Shown: one piece after another, positions 48,320 to 58,779 of the stretch
Layout: each line of letters starts with the position of its first letter
Numbering within the stretch: position 1 is the stretch's first letter
Origin: Spirochaetia bacterium
GTDB lineage: Bacteria > Spirochaetota > Spirochaetia > UBA9216
NCBI GenBank assembly: GCA_965140585.1
Contig: OZ223269.1
Coordinates: 784,544 to 848,543, forward strand
Length of the DNA stretch: 64,000 nt
Reading direction: 5' to 3'
Position numbers and translations under genes: made by a program
The notes under the pieces: model-generated
What the model saw: only the letters and a program-made list of their open reading frames with translations
Databases searched by the model: none
What the model was told of the DNA's origin: nothing

Positions 48320-48912
48320 GGATTATCTCCCCGGGAAAATTCTGCTTCCTCGGAATTGGAATACTTAAAACTCACATTCTGACGGGTTGAGCTGATAAAG
48401 TTTACCTTCTTAAGGTTGCAGTCGTTGAAATTAACATTTTTCATTTCTGTTGAAACAAAGCAGGAATAATAGAGGTCACAGCTTTTGAAATCGGCAATAT
48501 CAAAGTTCGCACCGTTAAAATTTGTATGAAGAATATCAGAACCGTTAAAAACGCAGTCAGTGAAAACAGAGCCGGCAAAAACTGAATATTTAATATCCGT
48601 ATCTGCAAAGCTGCAATTGTAGAATTTACAAAAATCAAAAAAACAGAGCTTAATACTGATGTTGTCAAAGTTCATGTTTGTAAATATTGTACCGGAAAAT
48701 TTACTGGTAATGATACTTTTACAGGGTATATGGAAATTTTCTATATGCCCCTTGCATAATTTAAAGTTCATCATTTGAGCGCAATCGCTTAGCTGTGATA
48801 CTGTCTGCCTTAAAAACCCTTCGGTATCATCAATATGATTAAAGCAGTATTTACTTCCTGATACCGCATATTCCTGACAATCATCTTGCAGGCATTTTTT
48901 GAATGAAAACAT
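48316..48912 (-). CDS. Pentapeptide-repeat protein
   Basis: 198 aa; tandem A(D/N)LxX-like pentapeptides (NFNGANFDIADFKSCDLYYSCF...). Confidence 0.55.
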   Translation of the reverse strand: MFSFKKCLQDDCQEYAVSGSKYCFNHIDDTEGFLRQTVSQLSDCAQMMNFKLCKGHIENFHIPCKSIITSKFSGTIFTNMNFDNISIKLCFFDFCKFYNCSFADTDIKYSVFAGSVFTDCVFNGSDILHTNFNGANFDIADFKSCDLYYSCFVSTEMKNVNFNDCNLKKVNFISSTRQNVSFKYSNSEEAEFSRGDNP

Positions 48913-48986
48913 CTTTAAATCATATCAGCCTTTTTCAAAAAACTCAAATACTGGACAATCAATTATTATTAAGGTTATTATCAGGT

Positions 48987-49277
48987 ATGTCAGTATGTTA
49001 TTTCTGCGGATATGAATTTGATTACGGTTTTAAGCCCGGTAGAAATACTGAGTGCCCCGAATGCCGGAAACCAGTGCACTGCTGTAAAAACTGCAGTTTT
49101 TACAAGCCCGGAATGAAATGGGACTGCAGTGAGAATATCAGTGAGAACGTAAAAGATAAAGAGTCCGGCAATTTCTGTGACTATTTCGTATTTGGAAACT
49201 CAAAATCAGACGGAGCAGGAGCGCTTAAAGCTTCTGATGCCCGTAAGGGTTTTGATAATCTTTTCGGCAATGGATAG
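48987..49277 (+). CDS. Small Cys-rich zinc-ribbon protein. The likely start is the internal Met; the ORF track starts at 48903, overlapping the convergent gene
   Basis: CYFCGYEF...CPECRKPVHCCKNC...C..C...C. Confidence 0.35.
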   Translation: MSVCYFCGYEFDYGFKPGRNTECPECRKPVHCCKNCSFYKPGMKWDCSENISENVKDKESGNFCDYFVFGNSKSDGAGALKASDARKGFDNLFGNG

Positions 49278-50064
49278 CAGACCGGTAGCATTCATTGATT
49301 CAGGAGTCGGTGGTCTGCCGTATCTGAAATGGGTCAAACAGCATCTTCCTTTGGAAAAATTTATTTATATCGCCGATAACGCGAATTTTCCCTATGGGCC
49401 GAAGCAACGTGAGGAGCTTCAGATTCTTCTCGAAACGCTTGTTCGAAAGCTTATTGAAAAACATAATCCGAAGATTATTGTAGTAGCCTGCAACACTGCC
49501 TCGGTTACCGCCCTTGCATATCTTAGAATGAAATTTGATATTCCTTTTGTCGGTACTGTACCGGCAGTAAAAACTGCAGCCCTTAAATCGGTTAATAAAA
49601 AAATAGGACTAATGGCAACCGAGCGAACCTTGAATGATGTTTATACTGAAGCACTCATTCATGAACATGCTTCCGGCTGTGAGATTTACCGTTTTTCAGG
49701 AACAGAAATAATCGATTTTATCGAAAAGAAGCTTTATGACTCATCAGATGAGGAAAAGCAGAAAGTCCTGAGCCCTGCAATGAAGTTTTTCTCAGATAAC
49801 AATACAGATAAGATAGTTCTCGGATGTACTCACTTTCTGCTTATGGAAGAGGAATTAAGAAAATATAATTCAGGAAATTTTGAAATTATTGATTCGAGGG
49901 ACGGTGTCGGCAATCAGATTATTCGAGTTCTCACAAATAATAATCTATTGTCAGAAGAAAAAAGAGGCAGTGATCTTTTTATACTTACTGATAAATCGGG
50001 AACCTCAGAAAAACTGAGGAATTCTACCTGGATTCTGGAAGAGTACGGATTATGCGCGGAATAG
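49270..50064 (+). CDS. murI: Glutamate racemase
   Basis: MDSRPVAFIDSGVGGLPYL...VVACNTAS...LGCTHF. Confidence 0.85.
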   Translation: MDSRPVAFIDSGVGGLPYLKWVKQHLPLEKFIYIADNANFPYGPKQREELQILLETLVRKLIEKHNPKIIVVACNTASVTALAYLRMKFDIPFVGTVPAVKTAALKSVNKKIGLMATERTLNDVYTEALIHEHASGCEIYRFSGTEIIDFIEKKLYDSSDEEKQKVLSPAMKFFSDNNTDKIVLGCTHFLLMEEELRKYNSGNFEIIDSRDGVGNQIIRVLTNNNLLSEEKRGSDLFILTDKSGTSEKLRNSTWILEEYGLCAE

Positions 50065-50981
50065 TTCTATACGGAATAAATAATATCTATACCGTTGAAA
50101 CCGATAACGGTACCTTTGAATGCCGTTTCAAGGGGAAAAAACTGAAAGGTGCTGAAGATGAATACAATCCCCTGGCATCCGGCGACTATGTTGAAATTGA
50201 AATAGATGAGCATCATCCCGGAAAGGCCATGATTATCTCCAGATATCCCAGAAGTAATTCCTTCGCCAGATGGAACCGTAAACGTAACTGTATTCAGACA
50301 ATAGCTGCAAATATTGATCTTGCAGTATGTATTCTTTCTCCCGAATCTCCTCCCTTCCGGCCCCGATTCTGCGACAGGGTTCTTGTCAACTGTGAACAGA
50401 ATATTGAGGTCCTTATAGTTCTTAATAAAATTGATCAGTTTATATCAGAAGAGGTTGAACGCTGGCTTGAAATATGGCAGTCGCTCGGATACCGTATTCA
50501 CAAGTGCAGTACAGTTACCGGAGAGGGTCTTGAAGAGCTTAAGGACATCATTTCAGACAGAACCTCAGCCTTTGTCGGCCAGTCAGGTGTCGGTAAGTCT
50601 TCTGTTCTAAACTGCATAAATCCTGATTTCAATTTCCGTACAGGCGAGGTTTCAGATAAATTCAATAAGGGCACTCATACAACATGCTATGCAGTGCTTG
50701 ATGTATGGGAAAGAGGCAGGATAATTGATACGCCGGGTATCAAGGAAATTGATCCAGTCGGTATGGAACCTGAAAATCTGTCACATTTTTTGCCTGAATT
50801 TGTTCCATTTTTAAACGACTGTTCACACAGCCAGTGCCTGCACGATCATGAACCCGGATGCAGAGTTAAAGAAGCCGTTAAAAACGGAGAAATAAGTGAA
50901 GAGCGATATGACAGTTATCTCAGAATCCTCGAAAATCTGAAAAAAAGAACTGAATACAATAAATATAAAAAGGGGAAGTAA
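50052..50981 (+). CDS. rsgA: Ribosome small-subunit-dependent GTPase A
   Basis: 309 aa; circularly permuted GTPase (LNKID...VGQSGVGKSS) and C-terminal zinc finger CSHSQCLHDHEPGC. Confidence 0.8.
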   Translation: MRGIVLYGINNIYTVETDNGTFECRFKGKKLKGAEDEYNPLASGDYVEIEIDEHHPGKAMIISRYPRSNSFARWNRKRNCIQTIAANIDLAVCILSPESPPFRPRFCDRVLVNCEQNIEVLIVLNKIDQFISEEVERWLEIWQSLGYRIHKCSTVTGEGLEELKDIISDRTSAFVGQSGVGKSSVLNCINPDFNFRTGEVSDKFNKGTHTTCYAVLDVWERGRIIDTPGIKEIDPVGMEPENLSHFLPEFVPFLNDCSHSQCLHDHEPGCRVKEAVKNGEISEERYDSYLRILENLKKRTEYNKYKKGK

Positions 50982-51225
50982 TCTGGAAAAGCATACAATT
51001 GAGCTGCTTGATTTTTACTCAGTTAAGAAAAATGTATCTGAATACGCTTTCTCTCCGGGCGGAGCGCTCCTTATACTCACACAGGAACCTGATACCGACT
51101 CAAAAGTTTTAAATTATAAAAAGGATTTTGTTTCCGACTGGAAGAAGCTCCTGAGCTCTGATCTGAAACGGCCTTCTTTTAGTTTTACAGACATATACTT
51201 TACAGATAAACTCGGCAAAAAAGGA

Positions 51226-53355
51226 ATGGTTCTTGAAGGACAGGAACTTGCAGCCGCAGCTGATTTTATAATTTCATCCTTACGGTTGAAGAAATACTGC
51301 ACATCTGTTCCTGAACAGGGAATTTCGATGTCAGGAATTCTCTCTGAAGCAGCCGAAAAAATACCGGATCTGCACCAGTGTTCAGACTCCATATTCAAAG
51401 AAATTAATCCTGATGGAACTGTTAAGGAAGATCATCCGCTTTTAAAGAGCGCCAGAGCTAAAATTGCCGCTCTTCATAAGAAGATAAGCAGAATATCATC
51501 TGATTTTATTTCTGATGATAAAGGAATATGGCAGAATACAGTTCCGTCCCAGCGCGATGGAAGAATTGTTCTTCCTCTGAAAACTAATTATAGAGGAAGA
51601 GTTAAAGGTCTGGTTCATGAGTTTTCATCAAGCGGAGCAACTGTCTATATTGAACCTTTTGAGCTTGTAGAACTTAACAACCAGATGAGTTACGAGCAGA
51701 ATCAGCTCGCGCAGAAAGTTAACAAAATATACAGGGCCTTAACAGAAAAGCTGAATGACAGCTTTCAGGATTTTCTTTTCCTAATAGATACTGTATCCGA
51801 GATTGATTCTTATTATGCCAGAGCAGTTCACTCAATTCGAAACAGATGTGTCAGACCCGTTGAGATAGAGAGGGGAATAACTATCAATCAGGGTCGTCAT
51901 CCTGCACTCGGTTCAAAGGCTGTTCCCATAACAATCTCAATAAACCCGGAAATTAAAACTTTAATTATTACCGGTCCGAATGCCGGAGGTAAGACAGTTA
52001 CGCTCAAAACCTGCGGCATTTTTATATTAATGAACCAGTTCGCACTTGAACTTCCGGCTGAAGAAGGTACTGAAATAAGCCTGTATACCGATATCATAGC
52101 CGACATCGGTGATGATCAGTCTATCGAAGAATCGCTGTCTACTTTCAGCGGACATATGAAAAGGATTTCAGAAATCCTCAGAAAATCAGACAACCGAACC
52201 CTGGTGCTCCTTGATGAGCTTGGTTCAGGTACTGATCCGGTTCAGGGTTCCGCTATTGCCTCATCGGTCCTTGAGGAACTACTGGGACGGAATGTTACAA
52301 CTGTCGTAACCACACACCATTCAGCTGTTAAAAGATTCGGGTATACCAGGAATGGTGCCGCCAATGCTAGCGTAGAGTTTGATTCTGAAACAATGAAGCC
52401 AACCTATAGAATAATTGAGGGCGTACCTGGAGAGAGTCATGCTGTTGAAATAGCTTTATCCTGCGGTATAGACAGCCGGATCATCGATTCTGCAAAAAAA
52501 CTTATAGATGATGGAGATTCCTCCGTTGAAAGTATGATAGCCGAACTTGAAAGACGTCAGAGGGAGTTCCTGGTAAGAGAAAAAGAGCAGCAGGATCGTG
52601 AATCGAAATTCAATGAAGTAAGAAAAAAGAAAGATTTGGAAATCCTTAAGCTCAGACAGCAGAATATGATATTGAAAGAATCAGAATTCGGTGAGCTTAA
52701 AAGTTTTATTCAGCGAACAAGAAGTGATCTGGAGAACCTTGTCAGAGAACTTCGTGAAGGTGAAATAACACGTGAAAAGAATTTAAAAGTAAAAAGTTTT
52801 ATTGAAAATATGAGCGGTGTACTTGAAGATGAAAAAGTCAAACTCGATTTGGAAAAAGATTCGGTAGACTATATTGAAAAGGGTTCAAGTGAAAACCGTG
52901 ATTTGAATATCGAGCTATCAGAAGGTATGCAGATAATAAACAGAAAAACCAGAAAAAAGGGCATACTCATTGAAAAAAGAAAGAATGATGAATGGATAGC
53001 CTCTTTCGGTAATATTAAACTGAATGTTAAAGTTAAGGATATAGAACCCCTTGCTGCAGATAAGAAAAGCGAAAGTAAAATCAGTATTGCCAGCAGCGGT
53101 TTTGATATAAAAGCCAGCTTCGAACTTGATATTCGGGGTATGCGCGTGGATGAAGCACGTGATGCCCTTGAACGTCAGCTTGATGGTGCAATTTTAAGCA
53201 GTCTAAATGAGTTTTCGGTGATTCATGGCCTTGGTGATGGTATTCTTCAGAAGTTCGTGCATGATTTTCTGAAAAAAAACAGAAACGTAAAAGAGTTTTT
53301 TTTCTCGGATGCTGAATCCGGAGGATTTGGAAAGACTATTGTTAAGCTGAAATAA
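51226..53355 (+). CDS. mutS2: Endonuclease MutS2 (MutS domain plus C-terminal Smr). The conserved N-terminus continues in frame upstream to about 50983 without an ATG, GTG or TTG
   Basis: ITGPNAGGKTVTLKT, SIEESLSTFSGHM, LLDELGSGTDP; C-terminal Smr (LDIRGMRVDEAR...). Confidence 0.85.
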   Translation: MVLEGQELAAAADFIISSLRLKKYCTSVPEQGISMSGILSEAAEKIPDLHQCSDSIFKEINPDGTVKEDHPLLKSARAKIAALHKKISRISSDFISDDKGIWQNTVPSQRDGRIVLPLKTNYRGRVKGLVHEFSSSGATVYIEPFELVELNNQMSYEQNQLAQKVNKIYRALTEKLNDSFQDFLFLIDTVSEIDSYYARAVHSIRNRCVRPVEIERGITINQGRHPALGSKAVPITISINPEIKTLIITGPNAGGKTVTLKTCGIFILMNQFALELPAEEGTEISLYTDIIADIGDDQSIEESLSTFSGHMKRISEILRKSDNRTLVLLDELGSGTDPVQGSAIASSVLEELLGRNVTTVVTTHHSAVKRFGYTRNGAANASVEFDSETMKPTYRIIEGVPGESHAVEIALSCGIDSRIIDSAKKLIDDGDSSVESMIAELERRQREFLVREKEQQDRESKFNEVRKKKDLEILKLRQQNMILKESEFGELKSFIQRTRSDLENLVRELREGEITREKNLKVKSFIENMSGVLEDEKVKLDLEKDSVDYIEKGSSENRDLNIELSEGMQIINRKTRKKGILIEKRKNDEWIASFGNIKLNVKVKDIEPLAADKKSESKISIASSGFDIKASFELDIRGMRVDEARDALERQLDGAILSSLNEFSVIHGLGDGILQKFVHDFLKKNRNVKEFFFSDAESGGFGKTIVKLK

Positions 53356-53386
53356 TTTAGATATCTGTTAAAAAAATAATGTTTTA

Positions 53387-53800
53387 TTGAGGTTATACAT
53401 AAACGTGGTTTATAGTCAGAAGATTAGAGAGTTTGATGACAAATTAAAAAAAATTTTCGATATTATTGACGATTATCTGGAAAACAATTACGGTAATAGA
53501 TACAGATTACATCCAAACCGACCAGAACGGGGAAAAACTGCTAACAAAGCTAGTGACGGCCTGTTTAACGTCGGCGCAAGTTTCAGCGCAGGCTACGGCA
53601 GTGTCCATGGGAGGGGATACGTTGTAGATGTCGATCTGGTAACCCTTGACTATGTTCCGGAGGAAGTGTTCCGGCGTATTGAAGGGGAAGTCGGAGATCT
53701 TTTGAGAGAAATCATTACCGAAGTTTTTCCTGAACAGGATATTCATGTTTCCAGAGATGGAAATGTTCTCAAAATTTATGGAGATCTCATCGTAAAGTAG
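53387..53800 (+). CDS. Hypothetical protein
   Basis: 137 aa ORF with typical codon usage and no recognisable motif. Confidence 0.3.
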   Translation: MRLYINVVYSQKIREFDDKLKKIFDIIDDYLENNYGNRYRLHPNRPERGKTANKASDGLFNVGASFSAGYGSVHGRGYVVDVDLVTLDYVPEEVFRRIEGEVGDLLREIITEVFPEQDIHVSRDGNVLKIYGDLIVK

Positions 53801-53899
53801 TTCATTTATAAAATTATACTTTTCACAAAGACGGTGTTGCGTCTGCAGGAAAGGTTTAATAATATATAGTAATAGATTCTGATTAAATGTGAGGATTAT

Positions 53900-54505
53900 A
53901 TGGACGTTCAGCTTAAAGAACTTTTAGAAAAGATTAATAAAGAAGGCGTTCAAGACGCCGAACAGAAAGCCTCTGAGATTGTTTCCGGTGCTGAAAATAA
54001 GGCAGGAAAAATTGTTGCTGAAGCAGAAAAAAAAGCGGAAAAAATCATTGCAGATGCAAAGGCAGAGGCTGCAAAGGCTGAAGCCGGCGGAAAAGCTGCG
54101 ATCACACAGGCGGGGCGCGACCTTGTTCTTAAAACAAAAACTGAAATTGAAAAACTTTTTAATTCCATCATAGAAGGCGAAATCAAGGATATATACAAGG
54201 GTAAGGTTCTTGAGGATGCTGTTGTTACCGTAGTGAAAAGCTGGTCTAAGGACAGCGCTGCTGCAGTACAGCTGGCTGAAAAAGATCTCAAGGAACTTGA
54301 ATCGGGACTTAAATCGAAACTTGCTGCAGAACTGAAAGCGGGTTTTGAAATTAAACCGTTCAGCGGTATTGAATCCGGGTTCAGGGTTTCTGAAAAAGAC
54401 GGTTCAGCCTACTATAATTTTACATCTGAGGGTATTGCAGAGGTATTCTCGGCACTGCTTAATCCGAAGCTTGCAGAGATCGTTAAAGAAGCTGTAAAGG
54501 AGTAA
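53900..54505 (+). CDS. atpE: V/A-type ATP synthase subunit E
   Basis: 201 aa; Ala/Glu/Lys-rich coiled-coil N-terminus (AEAEKKAEKIIADAKAEAAKAEAGGKAA); first gene of the V-ATPase operon. Confidence 0.75.
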   Translation: MDVQLKELLEKINKEGVQDAEQKASEIVSGAENKAGKIVAEAEKKAEKIIADAKAEAAKAEAGGKAAITQAGRDLVLKTKTEIEKLFNSIIEGEIKDIYKGKVLEDAVVTVVKSWSKDSAAAVQLAEKDLKELESGLKSKLAAELKAGFEIKPFSGIESGFRVSEKDGSAYYNFTSEGIAEVFSALLNPKLAEIVKEAVKE

Positions 54506-54509
54506 TATT

Positions 54510-55064
54510 TTGGCTCAGTATTATTACACGGTAGCATCACTTCCGATGCTGTCATATGAGCATGAACCTCCTATTGATACACAGTATTTTCTTGATTCAT
54601 GCATTAACACTGTAAATGCGGAAGATTACAGAATACTTTGCAGTGCTGATTTAGTTCCGAATGATGCTGCAGAAGACAGTATTCTTATTCTCTGGACCAG
54701 CTGGGAAAAAACACTCAGAAACGAGCTTGTAAAAATGCGTTCCGCTTCAACCGGGCTCGATGCGGAGTCATATATCCGGGAAAACAATTATTCTACCGGT
54801 GCTTATGATGCAGCCAGAGAAGCCTACAATTCTGCAAATCCGCTGTTAGGAGAAGATGTCCTGAATAAAGCCCGATGGGCATTTCTGGATAATCTGGAAG
54901 TAGGTCATTATTTCGACCTGTCCAGACTGATTATTTACTACCTCAAGCTTCAGCTGCTTCAACGCAGACAGCTACTGAAGCCTGAAGTCGGAAAAAAGAA
55001 ATATTCGGAATTATATAATCAGATTACGGATAAAATACATCAATCGTACGATGGAGAATTATAG
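54510..55064 (+). CDS. Conserved hypothetical (DUF2764-like) protein of spirochete-type V-ATPase operons
   Basis: 184 aa; conserved position between the E and A subunits, as I recall for Borrelia and Treponema operons. Confidence 0.45.
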   Translation: MAQYYYTVASLPMLSYEHEPPIDTQYFLDSCINTVNAEDYRILCSADLVPNDAAEDSILILWTSWEKTLRNELVKMRSASTGLDAESYIRENNYSTGAYDAAREAYNSANPLLGEDVLNKARWAFLDNLEVGHYFDLSRLIIYYLKLQLLQRRQLLKPEVGKKKYSELYNQITDKIHQSYDGEL

Positions 55065-56843
55065 ATGGCAGTTAGTAACGGAAAAGTAATAGGTGTAAAT
55101 GGAAACATGGTTTCCGTCGAAGTCGACGGTGTTGTTTCCATGAATGAAGTAGCGTATATCGAAGTTGGCGATCAACGCCTTAAAGCTGAGGTAATTCGAA
55201 TAAAGGGAAGCAAAGCTGAACTCCAGGTTTTTGAAATGACCAAGGGAATAGGTATCGGTGACAATGTATCCTTCACCGAAGACATGCTTGCAGTTGAGCT
55301 TGGCCCGGGTCTGCTCGGACAGATTTATGACGGTCTTCAGAATCCGCTTCCTCAGCTTGCAGAAAAATGCGGGTTCTTCCTTGAGAGAGGCGTCTATCTT
55401 GATGCTCTCCCTAGTGAAACAAAGTGGAAATTTACTCCGAAGGTAGAAGTCGGAGCAAAGATTGAAAAGGGCGATACTATAGGTACTGTACCTGAGGGAA
55501 TCTTTGAGCATAGAATCATGGTTCCATTCAACTATTTTGATACATACACAGTTACAAGTGTAGCTTCAGCAGGAGAATACACGGTAAGAGACAAAATTGC
55601 GGAAATTACCGACTCAAAGGGAAACAAATTTCAGCTGACAATGAGCTTTAACTGGCCGGTTAAGAGGCCGATTACCAATTATGTTGAAAGAATGCGACCG
55701 ACAAAGCCCATGGTAACAAAACTCCGGCTGATCGATACATTCTTTCCGGTTGCGCTTGGCGGAACATACTGTATTCCAGGACCTTTTGGTGCCGGTAAAA
55801 CAGTTCTGCAGCAGGTAACCAGCCGAAACGCTGATGTTGATATAGTAATCGTCGCCGCATGCGGTGAGCGTGCCGGTGAGGTTGTAGAGACACTCAAGGA
55901 ATTTCCTGAACTTATTGACCCCAAAACCGGCAAGAGTCTTATGGAGAGAACTATTATTATCTGTAATACCTCTTCAATGCCGGTTGCTGCCCGTGAAGCT
56001 TCAGTATATACGGCTGTAACACTTGCTGAGTACTACAGGCAGATGGGACTGAACGTTCTGCTTCTTGCAGACTCTACATCAAGATGGGCTCAGGCAATGC
56101 GTGAAATGTCCGGAAGACTTGAAGAGATTCCGGGTGAAGAAGCTTTCCCTGCATACCTTGAATCAACAATAGCGAGTTTCTATGAAAGAGCAGGACGTGT
56201 TATGCTTAAAGACGGTTCTGAAGGTTCTGTTACAATAGGCGGTACAGTTTCTCCTGCCGGCGGTAACTTTGAAGAGCCGGTAACCCAGGCAACCCTGAAA
56301 GTTGTAGGTGCATTCCACGGTCTTTCAAGAGAGCGTTCTGATGCCCGTAAATATCCTGCAATTCATCCTCTCGAAAGCTGGAGTAAATACAAGGGTATTC
56401 TTGACCTTGAAAAGACTGAAATTGCCCGTTCGCTTATCCTTAGAGGAAATGAAGTTGAACAGATGATGAAGGTTGTAGGTGAAGAAGGTACAAGTATTGA
56501 TGACTACATCGTTTATCTCAAAGGAGACTTCCTTGATTCAGTTTACATGCAGCAGAATTCTTTCGACCCTGTCGACAGTTCAGTCAGTGTTGAAAGACAG
56601 AATCATATCTTTGATATTCTGTTCAAGGTGCTGACTTCTACACTTTCACTCAAGGATAAGGACGAGGCACGAACCTGGTTCTATCAGCTTAGGCAGAGAT
56701 TCCTTGATTACAACGGAGCGGAGTGGGGCAATGATGAGTTCGTTCGGCTTGAGAAAGAAATAACCAGTATGATAGATGAAAAAGTTTCCGGCATTGACGA
56801 GAGACTTGTTTCAAATGCCGCAGATGATGCGGAAGAAAATTAA
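55065..56843 (+). CDS. atpA: V/A-type ATP synthase catalytic subunit A
   Basis: 592 aa; Walker A GPFGAGKTV, the non-homologous insert typical of A subunits. Confidence 0.9.
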   Translation: MAVSNGKVIGVNGNMVSVEVDGVVSMNEVAYIEVGDQRLKAEVIRIKGSKAELQVFEMTKGIGIGDNVSFTEDMLAVELGPGLLGQIYDGLQNPLPQLAEKCGFFLERGVYLDALPSETKWKFTPKVEVGAKIEKGDTIGTVPEGIFEHRIMVPFNYFDTYTVTSVASAGEYTVRDKIAEITDSKGNKFQLTMSFNWPVKRPITNYVERMRPTKPMVTKLRLIDTFFPVALGGTYCIPGPFGAGKTVLQQVTSRNADVDIVIVAACGERAGEVVETLKEFPELIDPKTGKSLMERTIIICNTSSMPVAAREASVYTAVTLAEYYRQMGLNVLLLADSTSRWAQAMREMSGRLEEIPGEEAFPAYLESTIASFYERAGRVMLKDGSEGSVTIGGTVSPAGGNFEEPVTQATLKVVGAFHGLSRERSDARKYPAIHPLESWSKYKGILDLEKTEIARSLILRGNEVEQMMKVVGEEGTSIDDYIVYLKGDFLDSVYMQQNSFDPVDSSVSVERQNHIFDILFKVLTSTLSLKDKDEARTWFYQLRQRFLDYNGAEWGNDEFVRLEKEITSMIDEKVSGIDERLVSNAADDAEEN

Positions 56844-56865
56844 TTCGAGTCGGGAGTAGATTAAG

Positions 56866-58161
56866 ATGCGTAAAGTATACAGTAAAATTGAATCAATTGC
56901 CGGAAACGTTATCACTGTCAAAGCCGACGGTATTAAATACGGAGAACTGGCGGAAGTTACATCATCACATGGGAAATCACTCGCAGATGTTATCAGACTC
57001 GATGGTGATACAGTTTCACTCCAGGTTTATTCCGGAGGCCGTGGTGTATCGACCGGTGATGAAGTTCGATTTATGAGTCATCCCATGCAGGTTGCATTTT
57101 CTGATAACCTCATGGGTAGAATTTTTACAGGAAGCGGTATGCCTCGAGACAATGGTCCGGAACTTACCGAAAATCTTATCGAAATAGGCGGACCTTCTGT
57201 TAACCCGGCCAAACGAATTATTCCCAGGAATATGATTCGTACAGGTATTCCGATGATTGATGTATTCAACACCTTGGTTGAATCACAGAAGCTCCCTATT
57301 TTTTCAATTTCAGGTGAACCCTACAATGAACTGCTTGCAAGAATTGCTATGCAGGCAGAAGTTGATATGATTATCATCGGCGGTATGGGGCTCAAATACG
57401 ACGACTACCTTTTCTTCAAAGACACTCTTGAAGAAGGAGGAGCTCTAAGCAGAACAATCTTTTTTGTACATACCGCAGCAGATCCGATTGTAGAATGTTT
57501 ACTCGTTCCGGATATTTCACTTGCAGTTGCTGAAAAGTTTGCTTTGAATGGAAAGAAGGTCCTTGTTCTTCTTACCGATATGACTAACTTTGCTGATGCA
57601 ATGAAAGAAATTGCTATTACACAGGAACAGGTTCCTTCCAACCGAGGTTACCCTGGAGATCTTTACAGTCAGCTGGCTTCAAGATACGAAAAAGCTGTTG
57701 ACTTTGAGGGGGCCGGTTCAATCACAATCCTTGCGGTAACTACCATGCCCGGTGACGATGTTACTCATCCTGTACCTGATAATACCGGATACATTACCGA
57801 AGGACAGTACTATCTTAAGGGTGGAAGAATTGAGCCGTTCGGTTCACTTTCAAGACTTAAGCAGCAGGTTAACGGCGATACCAGAGAAGACCACCGTGCT
57901 CTTATGGACGGTATGATTAAACTCTATGCTGCATATCTTGAATCTATGGAAAAAAAGTCTATGGGATTCAGGATGTCAGACTGGGACACCAAGCTTCTGA
58001 AATACGGTGTTATCTTTGAGAAGGAAATGATGGACCTTACGGTTAATATCCCTCTGGAAGGTGCGCTTGATAAGGGTTGGGAAATTCTTGCGGAGTGTTT
58101 TACACCTGAAGAAACAGGACTTAAAACAGATTTACTTAAGAAATTCTGGCCAAACAAATAA
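56866..58161 (+). CDS. atpB: V/A-type ATP synthase subunit B
   Basis: 431 aa regulatory-subunit paralog lacking a canonical P-loop. Confidence 0.9.
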   Translation: MRKVYSKIESIAGNVITVKADGIKYGELAEVTSSHGKSLADVIRLDGDTVSLQVYSGGRGVSTGDEVRFMSHPMQVAFSDNLMGRIFTGSGMPRDNGPELTENLIEIGGPSVNPAKRIIPRNMIRTGIPMIDVFNTLVESQKLPIFSISGEPYNELLARIAMQAEVDMIIIGGMGLKYDDYLFFKDTLEEGGALSRTIFFVHTAADPIVECLLVPDISLAVAEKFALNGKKVLVLLTDMTNFADAMKEIAITQEQVPSNRGYPGDLYSQLASRYEKAVDFEGAGSITILAVTTMPGDDVTHPVPDNTGYITEGQYYLKGGRIEPFGSLSRLKQQVNGDTREDHRALMDGMIKLYAAYLESMEKKSMGFRMSDWDTKLLKYGVIFEKEMMDLTVNIPLEGALDKGWEILAECFTPEETGLKTDLLKKFWPNK

Positions 58162-58176
58162 TAACGGACGGGCTAT

Positions 58177-58779
58177 ATGGCAAAGGTAAAGCTTACCAAA
58201 AATGAGCAGAAGAAACAGAAAGATGCTCTGAAGCGATTCACCAGATATCTGCCTACACTGCAGCTGAAAAAACAGCAGCTGCAGCTGGTTATCCGTCAGT
58301 TTGAAGCTGAGATAGAGGCTAAGCGAAAAGAGATATCTAAATACCAGGATTCACTTGAAGACTGGATTGGTGTTTTCGGTGAAGATACAGGCATCGGAGA
58401 TCTTCTTCAGATAAAGGAAATAGAGAGGGAACGCGGCAATATTGCCGGTGTTGATATCCCTGTCTTTAAAAAACTGGAATTCATGCCTGTTGAATACGAT
58501 TTATTCATGATGCCGCTCTGGGTTGATAAGGGTATTATCACTATGAAAGAGCTTGCTTCTTTGAATGCTGAAATCGAAGTTCTTATAGAAGCTAAAGAGC
58601 TTCTTGATAATGAACTTCGAACAACTACTCAGAGGGTTAATCTCTTTGAAAAGGTTAAGATACCGGAGACCAAAGAGGTAATCAGAAAAATTGGTATTTA
58701 CCTCGGAGACCAGCAGACGGCTGCGGTTGTACGGGGCAAGATGGCAAAAGGCAAAGTTGTAAAGGGGGCTGAAGCATGA
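58177..58779 (+). CDS. atpD: V/A-type ATP synthase subunit D
   Basis: 200 aa; coiled-coil with a basic N-terminus. Confidence 0.8.
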   Translation: MAKVKLTKNEQKKQKDALKRFTRYLPTLQLKKQQLQLVIRQFEAEIEAKRKEISKYQDSLEDWIGVFGEDTGIGDLLQIKEIERERGNIAGVDIPVFKKLEFMPVEYDLFMMPLWVDKGIITMKELASLNAEIEVLIEAKELLDNELRTTTQRVNLFEKVKIPETKEVIRKIGIYLGDQQTAAVVRGKMAKGKVVKGAEA

